Assembly (NCBI GenBank): GCA_022703445.1
Contig: JAKLDR010000013.1
Coordinates: 2,599 to 66,598, forward strand
DNA from: Planctomycetota bacterium
GTDB lineage: Bacteria; Planctomycetota; SZUA-567; JAKLDR01
Length of the DNA stretch: 64,000 nucleotides
Direction of reading: 5' to 3'
A model generated the notes under the pieces. The model was not told the DNA's origin. It worked only from the letters and a program-made list of their open reading frames with translations, and searched no databases. A program made the translations under genes and the position numbers. Shown here piece by piece: positions 44,546 to 53,862 of the stretch. How positions within the stretch are numbered: position 1 is the first letter of the stretch; the number at the start of each line of letters is the position of its first letter.

Positions 44546-44676
44546 CCCGTCAGCAATATGCATCATGCCGTTTAGCGCCGACTTGCGACCTGCCTGCTGA
44601 TGTGTAGCACCAATGATCGCTTGAAACTACGCCAATAATGTGCATATTCTATGCGTATCGAGAGGATGTCTTGGCG

Positions 44677-46974
44677 ATGAGGAAACACCTGCACCCGGTC
44701 GTCAAAGCCTACGGCGAGGGCCGCACGGCCTTCTTCGAGGCTCTCAAGGTCAATCGAGCGGGCCGGGACCGGGACGTCCTCAACGCCATCGTTCTGTTGG
44801 CTAGGGCCCTGAAAACCAAGCAGCCGTACGATGAGGTGCTCAAGACGGTCGAGTCGGTCGACATCCGCAACTGCGACCACAACCTACTGGCGATCTTCTA
44901 CCTGTACCGGACGCACCTCTCGCTGGCCCTGGACCGCCTGGCGGAAGCCTCCATGCTCTGCGACCGCGTCACGGAGCTGACCGGGCCGGACACCCCCGCG
45001 GCCCTGGTGGCGGCGAACCTTCACATTGCGGCTGCGGCCGCCCTGCGCGTGGGTCGAAAGGACCAGGCCGTGGAGCTCAACCGCCGGGCCCTGGCTGCCC
45101 TGCCGCGAAATTCTCCGCGCTTCCCGATGCTCTACAGCGACCTGGCCTGCTTCCAGGCGAACGTGGAGACCTTCGCGGAGATCGAGGAAGAGTACCGCGA
45201 GGTCGTCCGCAACCCTCGGTACGAAGACATGCTCGACTGGCGCGAGGTCATCTACCTGATCCACTACGTAAAGACCGGCCAGATCGAGAAGGTGGCAACC
45301 ATCGACCGCGCCCGCCTGGCCAAGCTTCCTCCGGATACGGTGGCGGAGACCAATCGGCTGCTGCAGCTTACCGAGGTCCTGGCCGGCCGCGCCGGCGGGG
45401 ACCTGCCACCATGCTTCGCCGCCATCCGCGAACTCCTGGCTGGCCGCCCCGAGCCGGCGCTGAGTGCGGCCCGCGAGGACGTCAAGACCAACACCGGCTT
45501 CCTCTACGGCACCGACTTTCAGGATTTCAACCTGGTCCGCTGCGAGTTGGCCACCCGCCGGGCAGGGGCCGCGCGCCGGTTACTGCGCCTGCGCCGGGAG
45601 CGCGGCAACACCCACCACCTGGACGACTTCTTCCTGGCCCGCGCCGAACTGCTCGACGGGGACTGCGGCGAGGCCGCACGGCTCTTTTCGGCCGCGTACC
45701 GGGCCTGCGAGCGATACCAGTCCCTGCCGCGGCTGGACATCGAGGTGCGCATGGCCTGCGAGCTTTCCGCCGCCGACGCCATGCGCCTGACCCGGGCGGC
45801 GCTGACCGCGGCGCCCGCCGGCCTCCGGCCCGGGCTGAAGACTGCCTCCGCACTACCCGCGCCCCCACTGCAGCCGCCTTCGACACAGCCGTCCGGCTCG
45901 GCGCGTCTCCTGGGGCCGAGCGACGCCATGCTCGCGCTACGCGAGGCCATCCACCGCGCCGCCAGGCTCGACGTGCCCGTCCTGATCACCGGCGAGACCG
46001 GCACCGGCAAGGAGCTGGCCGCCCGTGCCATACACGAGGACGGACCGCGCGCCGGCGAGCCCTTCCTGGCGGTCAACTGCGGCTCGATCGCCGAGGGCCT
46101 GCTCGAGTCGGAGCTCTTCGGTCACGTCAAGGGGGCCTTCACCGGGGCCACCGCCAGCCACCAGGGGCTCTTCGAGGCCGCCGGCAAGGGCACGGTGCTG
46201 CTGGACGAGATCGGGGACATGCCCCTGCGGCTGCAGGTGGCGTTCCTGAGGGTGCTCGAATCCGGCGAAGTCCGTCCGGTGGGCAGCGCCTCGGCCCGGA
46301 AAGTCGCCTGCCGGATCCTGGCTGCGACCAACATCTCCCCGGAGCAGCTGGCCGATGCCGGCCGCTTCCGGCAGGACCTGCTCTTCCGCCTGCGGCGACT
46401 GGAGATCGCCGTGCCCCCGCTGCGCGAGCGCCCCGATGACATCCTGGCCCTGGCCGGGCACTTCCTGGCCGAGGGCCGCGCCGACGGGGCCCGCCCGGTG
46501 ATGAGCCCGGAACTCCGCTCGGCGCTGGCTGCCCACCCCTGGCCGGGCAACGTCCGGGAGTTGCGCAACGAGATGGAGCGCATGCGCTTGATGAACTCGG
46601 ACCAGCCGGCCTACGACCTCAGCCACCTCGACCCCCGGATCGCCGCCGGCCAGCCGGTCCAGGGGCCGGCACCGTCCCCGACCCAGGCCCCGGCCGCGGA
46701 TTCGGCCCCGGAACCGACCACGGCCGCTTCCGCCGGACGGAGTCTCCAGCACGGGCGCTCGCCAATGCGCCGGCTCAAGGAGCTGCGCGACCTCTTTCGC
46801 AGCCACCGGAGTATGACCCGGGCGGAGGCCGCCGCGACGCTCGGAGTATCGGCCAACACCGCCACCAAGTACCTCCAGCAGCTCGCCGCCGAGGGCCTCA
46901 TCCTCCGGATGGAACCCAACGCCTCGCCGCGGACCCACTACTTCGAGCTGACCGAGGACAACCGGCAGAAATAG
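44677..46974 (+). CDS. Sigma54-dependent transcriptional activator with long N-terminal helical-repeat sensor region
   Basis: ORF 44638..46974; ATG 44677 is preferred (GAGAGGA upstream) and 44638 is possible. AAA+ core [25 protein letters not shown] (GHVKGAFTGA), LDEIGDMP, and RFRQDLLFRL..PPLRER. The first ~400 aa are TPR-like with no receiver domain. C-terminal HTH-like TRAEAAATLGVSANTATKYLQQLAAEG. Confidence 0.85.
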   Translation: MRKHLHPVVKAYGEGRTAFFEALKVNRAGRDRDVLNAIVLLARALKTKQPYDEVLKTVESVDIRNCDHNLLAIFYLYRTHLSLALDRLAEASMLCDRVTELTGPDTPAALVAANLHIAAAAALRVGRKDQAVELNRRALAALPRNSPRFPMLYSDLACFQANVETFAEIEEEYREVVRNPRYEDMLDWREVIYLIHYVKTGQIEKVATIDRARLAKLPPDTVAETNRLLQLTEVLAGRAGGDLPPCFAAIRELLAGRPEPALSAAREDVKTNTGFLYGTDFQDFNLVRCELATRRAGAARRLLRLRRERGNTHHLDDFFLARAELLDGDCGEAARLFSAAYRACERYQSLPRLDIEVRMACELSAADAMRLTRAALTAAPAGLRPGLKTASALPAPPLQPPSTQPSGSARLLGPSDAMLALREAIHRAARLDVPVLITGETGTGKELAARAIHEDGPRAGEPFLAVNCGSIAEGLLESELFGHVKGAFTGATASHQGLFEAAGKGTVLLDEIGDMPLRLQVAFLRVLESGEVRPVGSASARKVACRILAATNISPEQLADAGRFRQDLLFRLRRLEIAVPPLRERPDDILALAGHFLAEGRADGARPVMSPELRSALAAHPWPGNVRELRNEMERMRLMNSDQPAYDLSHLDPRIAAGQPVQGPAPSPTQAPAADSAPEPTTAASAGRSLQHGRSPMRRLKELRDLFRSHRSMTRAEAAATLGVSANTATKYLQQLAAEGLILRMEPNASPRTHYFELTEDNRQK

Positions 46975-46990
46975 GGGCATCGGCACGGCC

Positions 46991-48028
46991 ATGAACCGGA
47001 CCGAAGATATCCGCCGGGACCTCCAGAACGTCCGGAACACCACCGGCGAGGACGAGGGTGCCGGGCCCTTCGCGCTGCTGACCGAGCGGGATCACCCGCT
47101 GGTGGCGGCGGAGCGGCTCAGGGCCCGGTGCCGGCACCCGCTGACCTTGGCCTTCTGCGTGGCGGCCCCGCTACTGACCCTGGCCGCCATCCGGGCCATG
47201 CCCGTCGCCGAACAGCTTCCGGAACTGGCCAGCCTCTCCCGGAGGGCGCTGGACTTCCTGGCCGCCTTCGTCGCCCTCTGGCCCCTGGCCATGGTCATGG
47301 GCGCGGCCTGGCGCGCGGCGGCGGCAACTCTCGCCGAGGGCGTAGAGGAAACCGCCATGCAGTTGGTGCTCACCCCGCTGCGCAAGCGGACCATCGCCGC
47401 CGCCAAGGTGTTGCCGAACGTCCGGCCCTTCCTGTGGGGGATATTCGCGACGTTGCCGCTCTACCTGCTGGCCGGGGGGATGGAGCCCTTCCTGTTCTCA
47501 AACGCCATGCCTTCCCCGTTCGTCCTCTGGCCGTTCCGGGCGCCTGTGGGGGTCATGGCCCTGCTGTTTGGCGGGCCATACGAGCAGACCGGGCTCTCGC
47601 CGGCCGGGGCCGCGGCTGGGGCGCTGATGGCCCTGACCGACCTGGGGCTGGTCTGGGCGGCCGCCCACTGGGGCGCCGGCCTGGCCGTCAGGGTCAACAG
47701 CCTGGTGGTGGTGGTCCTGCGCCTCCTGCTGCGGCTGATCCTGCTGGCGACCGCCCTGGCGGCCTATCTGATACTGGCACTGCTCCTGGGCCTGGCCATC
47801 TTCCCGGCGGCACAGTGGATGTTCGGCCGGGGGGAGCTCCTGTCCACGCTGCTGGGCACCGCCTCGATGCTATGGCTCTGGTGGCTCTTCCCCCTGCGCA
47901 ACGCGACCCGGCGTTGCCTGGCGGATTTCACCTGGTTCGACCGGCTGGCCATGGACCCGGACGACCCGTCGCTGCGCAACTCGCTGCGGATGGCTGCCTG
48001 GTGGTGGTACGACGGGCGGAGGGCGTGA
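46991..48028 (+). CDS. Polytopic membrane protein of unknown function
   Basis: 345 aa with at least 6 hydrophobic helices. It starts 17 nt after the activator gene stop. I recognise no family motif. Confidence 0.6.
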   Translation: MNRTEDIRRDLQNVRNTTGEDEGAGPFALLTERDHPLVAAERLRARCRHPLTLAFCVAAPLLTLAAIRAMPVAEQLPELASLSRRALDFLAAFVALWPLAMVMGAAWRAAAATLAEGVEETAMQLVLTPLRKRTIAAAKVLPNVRPFLWGIFATLPLYLLAGGMEPFLFSNAMPSPFVLWPFRAPVGVMALLFGGPYEQTGLSPAGAAAGALMALTDLGLVWAAAHWGAGLAVRVNSLVVVVLRLLLRLILLATALAAYLILALLLGLAIFPAAQWMFGRGELLSTLLGTASMLWLWWLFPLRNATRRCLADFTWFDRLAMDPDDPSLRNSLRMAAWWWYDGRRA

Positions 48029-48232
48029 CGAGGCTTTTACCGCAGAGCCGTTCGACAAGCTCACGGTCCAGGCCCTGAGCAAAGCCGAAGGGGGCGCGGA
48101 GTCGCGCAGAGGCGGTGGAGCTTGGGGGCCTGGGGTCTGGGAACGACCAGTCTGCCGATGCCCAAGAAGCCCTCTTGGGATCATCCTCCGCGTGACTCCG
48201 CGTCCTCCGCGGTGAAAGCCCCGATCGGTCGC

Positions 48233-49657
48233 TCAGCGCAGCTTCCGCAGCGCCCAGAGGAGCGACTGGACCTCGCCGTGGCGGCCCTCCCCGAAGCGCA
48301 GGGAGTCGTCCGCGTGGCGGTCGCGGCCCCAGGCCTCGAGCGCGCGGCGGAAGAGCGCCGCGACGCCCTTAGCCGCCGACTTCCGCCGGCCGGCCGCGCC
48401 GTAGCGGGCGACGGCCAGGAGCGCCTCGGCCGAGATGATCACGTCCCCGTAGCGCTCGCGGTTGCGGCGCACGGCCCGGCGCGCGGCTCTGAGCTCCGCC
48501 AGGACCGGCCCGAGCTGCCCGGCCAGCAGCGCCAGCTGCCTCCGGTCCTCCGCCGTGAAGGGCTCCTCGCGGCAGACGCCCTTCATGGTCCGGTCGTGGA
48601 GCCGCTGCTCGATGCCGCCGCCGAAGAGCGCGGCCAGCGCCGCCCCCGCCTGCCGGCCGTCGGCCATCCCGTAGAAGCCGCGGGCGAAGCGCTCGGCGAA
48701 GCGCGGGTCCTCCCCGCCGGCGGTGGCCAGGTGGCCGAAGAGGGCCAGGCCGTAGTCGATGGCTCCCGGAAGATAGCGCCACGGGCACCAGACGGTGTTG
48801 ACCAGACCGGACAGCCCCTTGCCCCGCCGGCGCTGGGGGAGGCTCCGCGCGACGGTGTTCCGGAGGTTGGCCAGGTTCATGGCGTTGGGGGCGATGCGCG
48901 TGCCATAGCAGACCGTCGCCGGGCAGGCCACCGTCTCGAAGCCGGCGTCCAGGAGCAGCGCCGCCTTGGGCGACTCGTACTCGGCGATGTACTGCCAGTT
49001 GAACATGAGCACGTCGCGCCGGAAGTTCTTCATGATCCTGGGCTCGTGGACCACATGGTCGGCCCACATGGCCGGGCGGCGCCCGAGCTTGCGCACGGTC
49101 CCGTGCACCCAGGCGGAGTGGGCCGCGAAGCGCTGCCAGGCCTCGCTCCCCGCCCCAAAGCTGCGGCGGCAGCGCGGGCACTTGCCGAACTCGACCTCGT
49201 CGAGCCCCACGTGGATGACCGGGTGGGGGAAGATCGCGGCGGTGTCGCGGAGCAGGTCGGCGATGATCTCGCGGGTCTCGGGGTGGCTAGGGCAGATGGC
49301 GTTGAAGCCCCACTGGTGGTCGACCTGCTCGCCGAGGTGGCGGTACCTGGGGTGCGAAGTGATGAGCGCCGCGTGGCCCAGGCACTCGATCTCGGGCATC
49401 ACCGCGATGCCGTGCCGCGCGGCGAGAGCGACGAACCGGCGCATCTCCTCCGGGGTGAAGGCCCCCGGCGTGGCCAGCTCCGGACGCGACGGGAAGACCA
49501 GCGCGCAACGCTGGTCATCGATGAGATGGAGGTGGAGCAGGTTGTAGCCCCACTCGGCGAGCCTGGGGAGCAGCGCCTCGTAGTAAGAGCGCCGCTCGGT
49601 TATACGGCCGAGGTCGAGCATCACGCCACGGAGTTCGAATGCGGGCTTGGCGGTCAC
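48233..49657 (-). CDS. Glycoside hydrolase family 20-like (beta-N-acetylhexosaminidase catalytic domain)
   Basis: [10 protein letters not shown] opening of the TIM barrel, [16 protein letters not shown], and the HVGLDEV catalytic D-E pair context. GTG 49657 overlaps the regulator stop (GTGA); an alternative start is ATG 36 nt downstream. Confidence 0.75.
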   Translation of the reverse strand: MTAKPAFELRGVMLDLGRITERRSYYEALLPRLAEWGYNLLHLHLIDDQRCALVFPSRPELATPGAFTPEEMRRFVALAARHGIAVMPEIECLGHAALITSHPRYRHLGEQVDHQWGFNAICPSHPETREIIADLLRDTAAIFPHPVIHVGLDEVEFGKCPRCRRSFGAGSEAWQRFAAHSAWVHGTVRKLGRRPAMWADHVVHEPRIMKNFRRDVLMFNWQYIAEYESPKAALLLDAGFETVACPATVCYGTRIAPNAMNLANLRNTVARSLPQRRRGKGLSGLVNTVWCPWRYLPGAIDYGLALFGHLATAGGEDPRFAERFARGFYGMADGRQAGAALAALFGGGIEQRLHDRTMKGVCREEPFTAEDRRQLALLAGQLGPVLAELRAARRAVRRNRERYGDVIISAEALLAVARYGAAGRRKSAAKGVAALFRRALEAWGRDRHADDSLRFGEGRHGEVQSLLWALRKLR

Positions 49658-51114
49658 GGCTGGGCAGTCCTTTCTTCCTCGCGTCCCGAGGGCAGTCCGT
49701 ACTCCTCGATCTTCTTGCGCAGGGTGGTGCGGTGCAGCCCCAGTTCGCGCGCGGCCTGCACCTGGTTGCCGCCGACGGCGGCGAGCACCTCGGCGATGAC
49801 CGCACGCTCGGCAAGGCGGACCGCCTCGGCGTGGATGGTCCCGTCCCCGGACGGGTCAGGGCCGGCGCGGTGTGCGGCCAGCATCTCGCAGGCCAGCCTG
49901 CGGGCCAGGGCGTCGATGCTGCCGGGCAGCCCGCCCGGGCCGCCGGAGCCGGCCATCCCCGGCGGCAGGTGCTCGACGCCCACCGTCCCGCCGGTCCCGG
50001 CCAGGGCCGCGGCCCGGTCCAGGCAGTTGCGGAGTTCGCGGACGTTGCCCGGCCAGTCGTGGGCCTCGAGGGCCGAGAGCGCCTCCCGGCTGATCTCGGT
50101 GGGCCGGCCGGCCCGGTTCCCGGACCCGGAGAGGAAGTGGGCGACGAGCAGCGGGACATCCTCCCGGCGCTCTCGGAGCGGCGGCAGCACTATGCGCAGC
50201 ACGTCCAGGCGGTAGAAGAGGTCCTCCCGGAAGGCGCCGGCGCGGACCGCCGCGGCCAGGTCGCGGTTGGTGGCCGAGATCACCCGGACGTCGGCCCGGC
50301 GCGGCTCGCTCTCGCCGAGGCGCTCGAAGGTTCGCGATTCGAGGAAGCGCAGCAGCTTGGCCTGCATGCCCGGGCTCATCTCCCCGACCTCGTCGAGGAA
50401 GAGCGTGCCGCCGTCGGCGGCCTCGACCCGGCCGGTGCGGTTGGCCACCGCCCCGGTGAAGGCCCCGCGGGCGTGGCCGAAGAGCTCGGTCTCGAGCAGG
50501 GTCTCGGGCAGCCCGGCGCAGTTGACCGCCACGAAGGGGCCGGAACCCCGCGCCGAATGCAGGTGGATGGCCCGCGCGGCCAGCTCCTTGCCCGTGCCGC
50601 TCTCGCCGGAGAGCAGCACGGTGGCATCGGCGGCGGCCGCGGCGGCCAGCTGCCGGTAGAGCGCCTGCATGGCGGCGGAGCGCCCCACCAGGAGCGTCTC
50701 GGGCGGAAAATCGGCGAGGTCCTGCCGGGCGCCGTCGAGCGCCGAGCGGGCCGCGCCCTGGGCCAGCGCCCGGTTGAGCGCCGCCCGGGCGGTCTCCACG
50801 CTGAGCGGCTTGGACAGGTAGTCGAAGGCCCCCTTGCGGACCGCCTCCACCGCGGTGGACAGGGTCCCGTGGCCGGTCATGACCATGACCGGGGAGTCAG
50901 GCAGCAGCGCGCGCATCCGGACCAGGGCCTCGAGCCCGGACATGCCGGGCAGGCGGACGTCCATGAACACGGCGGCCGGCCGCTCGCGCTCGGCCAGCTC
51001 CAGCCCCTCCTCGGCGCTGGAGGCGGCCAGGGCGCGGTGGCCCTCCCTGCCGAGCAGCATGGCCAGAGCGCGCGAAACGCCGCTGTCGTCGTCGATCACC
51101 AGGACGGTGGCCAT
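49654..51114 (-). CDS. NtrC-family sigma54-dependent response regulator
   Basis: Receiver [31 protein letters not shown]+ core [24 protein letters not shown], and FLDEVGEM. C-terminal Fis-type [23 protein letters not shown]. Confidence 0.9.
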   Translation of the reverse strand: MATVLVIDDDSGVSRALAMLLGREGHRALAASSAEEGLELAERERPAAVFMDVRLPGMSGLEALVRMRALLPDSPVMVMTGHGTLSTAVEAVRKGAFDYLSKPLSVETARAALNRALAQGAARSALDGARQDLADFPPETLLVGRSAAMQALYRQLAAAAAADATVLLSGESGTGKELAARAIHLHSARGSGPFVAVNCAGLPETLLETELFGHARGAFTGAVANRTGRVEAADGGTLFLDEVGEMSPGMQAKLLRFLESRTFERLGESEPRRADVRVISATNRDLAAAVRAGAFREDLFYRLDVLRIVLPPLRERREDVPLLVAHFLSGSGNRAGRPTEISREALSALEAHDWPGNVRELRNCLDRAAALAGTGGTVGVEHLPPGMAGSGGPGGLPGSIDALARRLACEMLAAHRAGPDPSGDGTIHAEAVRLAERAVIAEVLAAVGGNQVQAARELGLHRTTLRKKIEEYGLPSGREEERTAQP

Positions 51115-51150
51115 GCCGCTGCTCCTCGCCGGGGCTCCGCTGACGACAAC

Positions 51151-51178
51151 ATCGTAGCGGGGAAGGGCGGAGCGTCAA
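51151..51178 (-). promoter_or_regulatory. Sigma70-type promoter candidate for the response-regulator gene (TTGACG-N16-TACGAT)
   Basis: On the minus strand, TTGACG lies at 51178..51173, then a 16-nt spacer, then TACGAT at 51156..51151. AGGAG sits 7 nt before ATG 51114. Confidence 0.4.
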
Positions 51179-51361
51179 CGCCTGTTGGCGGCTTGCGCGG
51201 GGGAGCGCCCGGGGAAGGGGAGATGCAATCCCCCAACCCCTGACGAGGGCATGAATCACGGGAGCAGGCTAGCGGCTCTGACTGCGGAACGGAGCGGCGG
51301 CTCCTTCTGACACCCGTCGAGTCTGAATCATACCCACTTTCCGAGGAGCGCCGAACGGGGC

Positions 51362-51501
51362 GGGTCCGGTGCACGGGGCGGGCCAGTCTCTACCGCTCGG
51401 AGGGCATCCTGCCCTCCGAGCTGCGACGAAGCTGCCCTATCGCCATCCATGGCTTCGGGCATCTTCGACGCCGAGCCCGGCCCACCCCGTGCACCGGACC
51501 C
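51362..51501. repeat. Long-stem structured element A (candidate structured RNA or MITE-like inverted repeat)
   Basis: The 23-nt arms 51362..51384 and 51479..51501 pair at 22/23 positions. Inside lie a perfect 11-bp hairpin (51396..51406 / 51410..51420, loop TCC) and a second 14-nt-arm hairpin (51424..51437 / 51457..51470, 12/14). Confidence 0.6.
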
Positions 51502-51520
51502 ACGATGGCCGGGAGACGGA

Positions 51521-51653
51521 GGTCCAGGGCTGGGGGAGGAGTTGGCCGGCGCTTAGAACGCCGGAGGCCCGGACGGCCGCGAGGCGTTCTCGCGCAGCGA
51601 GCGGCCAGGGATGGCCGCGAGCGGTAGGCCAACGCCTCCCCCAGCCCTGGACC
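51521..51653. repeat. Long-stem structured element B (same architecture as A)
   Basis: The 27-nt arms 51521..51547 and 51627..51653 pair at 26/27 positions. Inside lie AGAACGCC/GGCGTTCT (51555..51562 / 51583..51590) and GCGGCCA/TGGCCGC (51601..51607 / 51612..51618). Confidence 0.6.
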
Positions 51654-51742
51654 GGGGCACCACCGCGGGGCCTTGGAAACTGGTGACTTGCGGCTGACGC
51701 ACAGGCGGGGTAAGCTGAGTGCGGAGATCGAGGAGGACAGAC

Positions 51743-52060
51743 ATGCCCACTGACCCCAGGAACCACTCGGAAACCTCCGCCGGCGAGCCCAAGCCCGCCA
51801 AGGCCGATGGCCTGGAGGCCTATCACACCGTGGCCGACACCGTGGGCATGGTGCCCAATGTCCGCTTCAGGGACAACCTGATCCAGGGCCTGGTCATCGG
51901 CGGGGGGGCGCTGATCTCCACGCTGGTCGGATTGGTCCTGGGCGGCTGGACCGGTGCGGCCATCGGTTTGGTCTGCGGGCTGGTCCTCTTCCTGCTGGTC
52001 AGCGGTGCCGTGCTCATGGTCATAGGCTGGGTCCGGGCAGCCAGAAAGCTGAAGAAGTAG
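51743..52060 (+). CDS. Small membrane protein
   Basis: ORF 51719..52060, started at ATG 51743 (GAGGAGG upstream). Two Gly-rich TM helices (LVIGGGALISTLVGLVLGGW and GLVCGLVLFLLVSGAVLMVIGW). Confidence 0.5.
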   Translation: MPTDPRNHSETSAGEPKPAKADGLEAYHTVADTVGMVPNVRFRDNLIQGLVIGGGALISTLVGLVLGGWTGAAIGLVCGLVLFLLVSGAVLMVIGWVRAARKLKK

Positions 52061-52062
52061 CT

Positions 52063-52545
52063 GTGGACGGGCAGAAGGCCGCAGGAATCCTGTCGTGGGC
52101 GGCCCTGGCGGCCGGGCTGCTCCTCTTGCTGTGCCTGCATGCCGCGTTTCTGGGCGTCCCGGCGCTTCTGCTGGGAGTGGTCGGGGTCATCTATTCGCTT
52201 CGCAGATCCGGATCCGCGGAAAGTCGCCTCAATCGCCACCGCACCGGGCTTGCCGCGCTCGGGGTCGTGACCGTTGCCCACCTCCTGGTCCTGGCCTTCT
52301 CGGTCCAGTTCTTCCTGATCCCCACGGGGACCGACATCCGGCCGATGGGCTGGACGCTGCTGATGTTCTTCATCGCCATCATCACGCTGGTGGTGGCCGT
52401 GCCGCTGGCGATTGCCGCAATCGCGAAGGAACGCCCGCGCCTGCCGGGGCTGATCGGGCTGGTCCTCGGGTTCACGCCGCTATGCTCTGCCCTGCTGCTC
52501 CTGCGCTTGGCCGTGTGGGCGAAGGGGCTTCATCTGTCGGAGTGA
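52063..52545 (+). CDS. Membrane protein (four TM helices)
   Basis: GTG 52063 lies 2 nt after the previous stop. 160 aa, strongly hydrophobic, with no recognised family. Confidence 0.55.
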   Translation: MDGQKAAGILSWAALAAGLLLLLCLHAAFLGVPALLLGVVGVIYSLRRSGSAESRLNRHRTGLAALGVVTVAHLLVLAFSVQFFLIPTGTDIRPMGWTLLMFFIAIITLVVAVPLAIAAIAKERPRLPGLIGLVLGFTPLCSALLLLRLAVWAKGLHLSE

Positions 52546-52586
52546 AGCCCCTTTCCCCGCATCACGCTGGTTCGGGCCGGGCGGCC

Positions 52587-53834
52587 TCAGCCCGGGAAGC
52601 GATCGGCCCGGGTGCGAACAAAGGTGGCCAGGGCCTCGTCGAAGCGCTCGGCTCGGCGGGCCTTGAAGTAGGCCGCCTCAAGCCTATGGACCGCCGCCTG
52701 ATCGGACTCCCAGAGATCCTCCAGCCTCTCAGCCAGACGCGGCGCGTCAGGCCGGAGGCCTGCCCGCCTTAAGTACCGGGCGATGGCCTTGATGGCGGCC
52801 GCCACTCGCGGCACCCCGAGGCCCCCAGCGGCCTCGGCCGCTGCAAATATGGTGGTTGCCGGGTACTGCGGGGGGATGGCCTGAAGGCCGTCGTGGTGGA
52901 TGGCGTCGTCCAGATCGTGGATGGCCAGAACCGCCGTCTCTTCCTGAGTCAGCGGCTCGCTGCCTACCTTGTGCCGGAGGCACTCGGCCAGCGTTCCCAC
53001 CCAGGCCTCCGGGGCTGCGCTTCTGACCAGCTTCCTAAGATCGTAGCGCGCCGCTGGATTGGCCAGGAGGTCGGGGCGCATCTTGGCCAGCAGATGACTG
53101 CATCGTTCGGCCTGTTGCTTGGCCGAGCGCTCACCAGCGTCGAGGGCGGCGTGGCAGAGAATCACCTCGAAACGGTTGTTGTTCACCGTGTTGAGCAACG
53201 GGCGGATCATCCGGATGGGGCGCTCGAGCAGGAAGGCGACCATCTCCGGCCGGAGCGTGTCAAGGGCCTCCTCCAGGACGCCGCAGGTCAACGGCGCGCC
53301 GGCATCGAGCAGGAGCTGGACCATTTTGATGGAGGCCTTCCGAGCAGCGCAGCACAGGTAGAGATTGTCGGCGGAGCTGTCCGCAATGCGCACGTCGGCA
53401 CCCGCGGCAACCAGTCGGCCAGCCCCGCGCACGGAGTCCTCAGCCGCGGCCTGCAGCAGCCGGGCGGCCCGGGGTGGAAGCAGCTTGACCGGGATGTAGC
53501 GCCCACCCGGGCTGCTCCAACCAGCCGCGGCGCTTCAGACTCCGGGCGATCCGGGCCAGCAGAGCCTTGGAGCAGGCGGACTCCGCCCAGCCCAGGGCGC
53601 TGTGGCAGACCGCCTCGGAGAAGTCGTCGAAGGGGCTGTAGCGCGAGGCTGCCAGGGCATCGAAGAGCCGGACGTCCCGGCTTTCGATAGCCTCCACATA
53701 CGCGGTCAGGCCGCCTCCGAAGGCGGAGGTGGTGTTGGGATTGGCACCTCGGCGATCAGGCGGCGCACCAGGGTCAGATCGCCGTCTTCGGTCGCCCTGC
53801 GGAGATCATAGCGCGTCCGATTAGATCCAGACAT
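52587..53834 (-). pseudogene. Ankyrin-repeat protein with DMP19/DUF4375-like C-terminal region, interrupted by two frameshifts
   Basis: Three consecutive minus-strand ORFs join into one sensible protein if 1 nt is restored at ~53747..53750 (..EDGDLTLVRRLIAE|GANPNTTSAFGGGLTAY..) and another near 53500..53513 (..RRGWLEQPG|RYIPVKLL..LVAAGADVRIAD..MVQLLLDAGAPL). These are ankyrin signatures. Both breaks are at G/C runs, so sequencing error is an alternative. Confidence 0.55.
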
Positions 53835-53862
53835 TTCCGCTCCCTTGTAGCATCGGCCCCGG

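Noticed and set aside
44551-44569. Second sigma54-like sequence on the minus strand: GGCATG-ATGCATA-TTGC
   Set aside because: The -24-like half is better, but the spacing between GG and GC is 3 nt too long for a functional -24/-12 promoter.
41024-44575. 1183-aa plus-strand ORF opposite the radical-SAM fusion gene
   Set aside because: The sequence is low-complexity Gly/Arg/Ala/Pro with no CX3CX2C or other motif. The minus strand encodes recognisable domains throughout.
48029-48232. 200-bp gap after the membrane-protein gene with three direct CTCCGCG repeats (48186..48210) and peptide-like readings such as FTAEDAE on the minus strand
   Set aside because: It looks like a fragment of a GC-rich dispersed intergenic repeat I vaguely recall from uncultivated lineages. 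Only one copy is visible here and I cannot verify the family or any function.
51231-51300. CTGACGAG, resembling the hammerhead ribozyme CUGAUGA core
   Set aside because: There is no matching GAAAC element, no convincing stems I-III and no cleavage-site context. It is probably chance.
51369-51686. 105-aa ORF, with overlapping short ORFs on both strands, across the structured elements
   Set aside because: The peptides are low-complexity Pro/Arg/Gly/Ala. Their frames run through both arms of near-perfect inverted repeats, which explains the open frames on both strands without coding.
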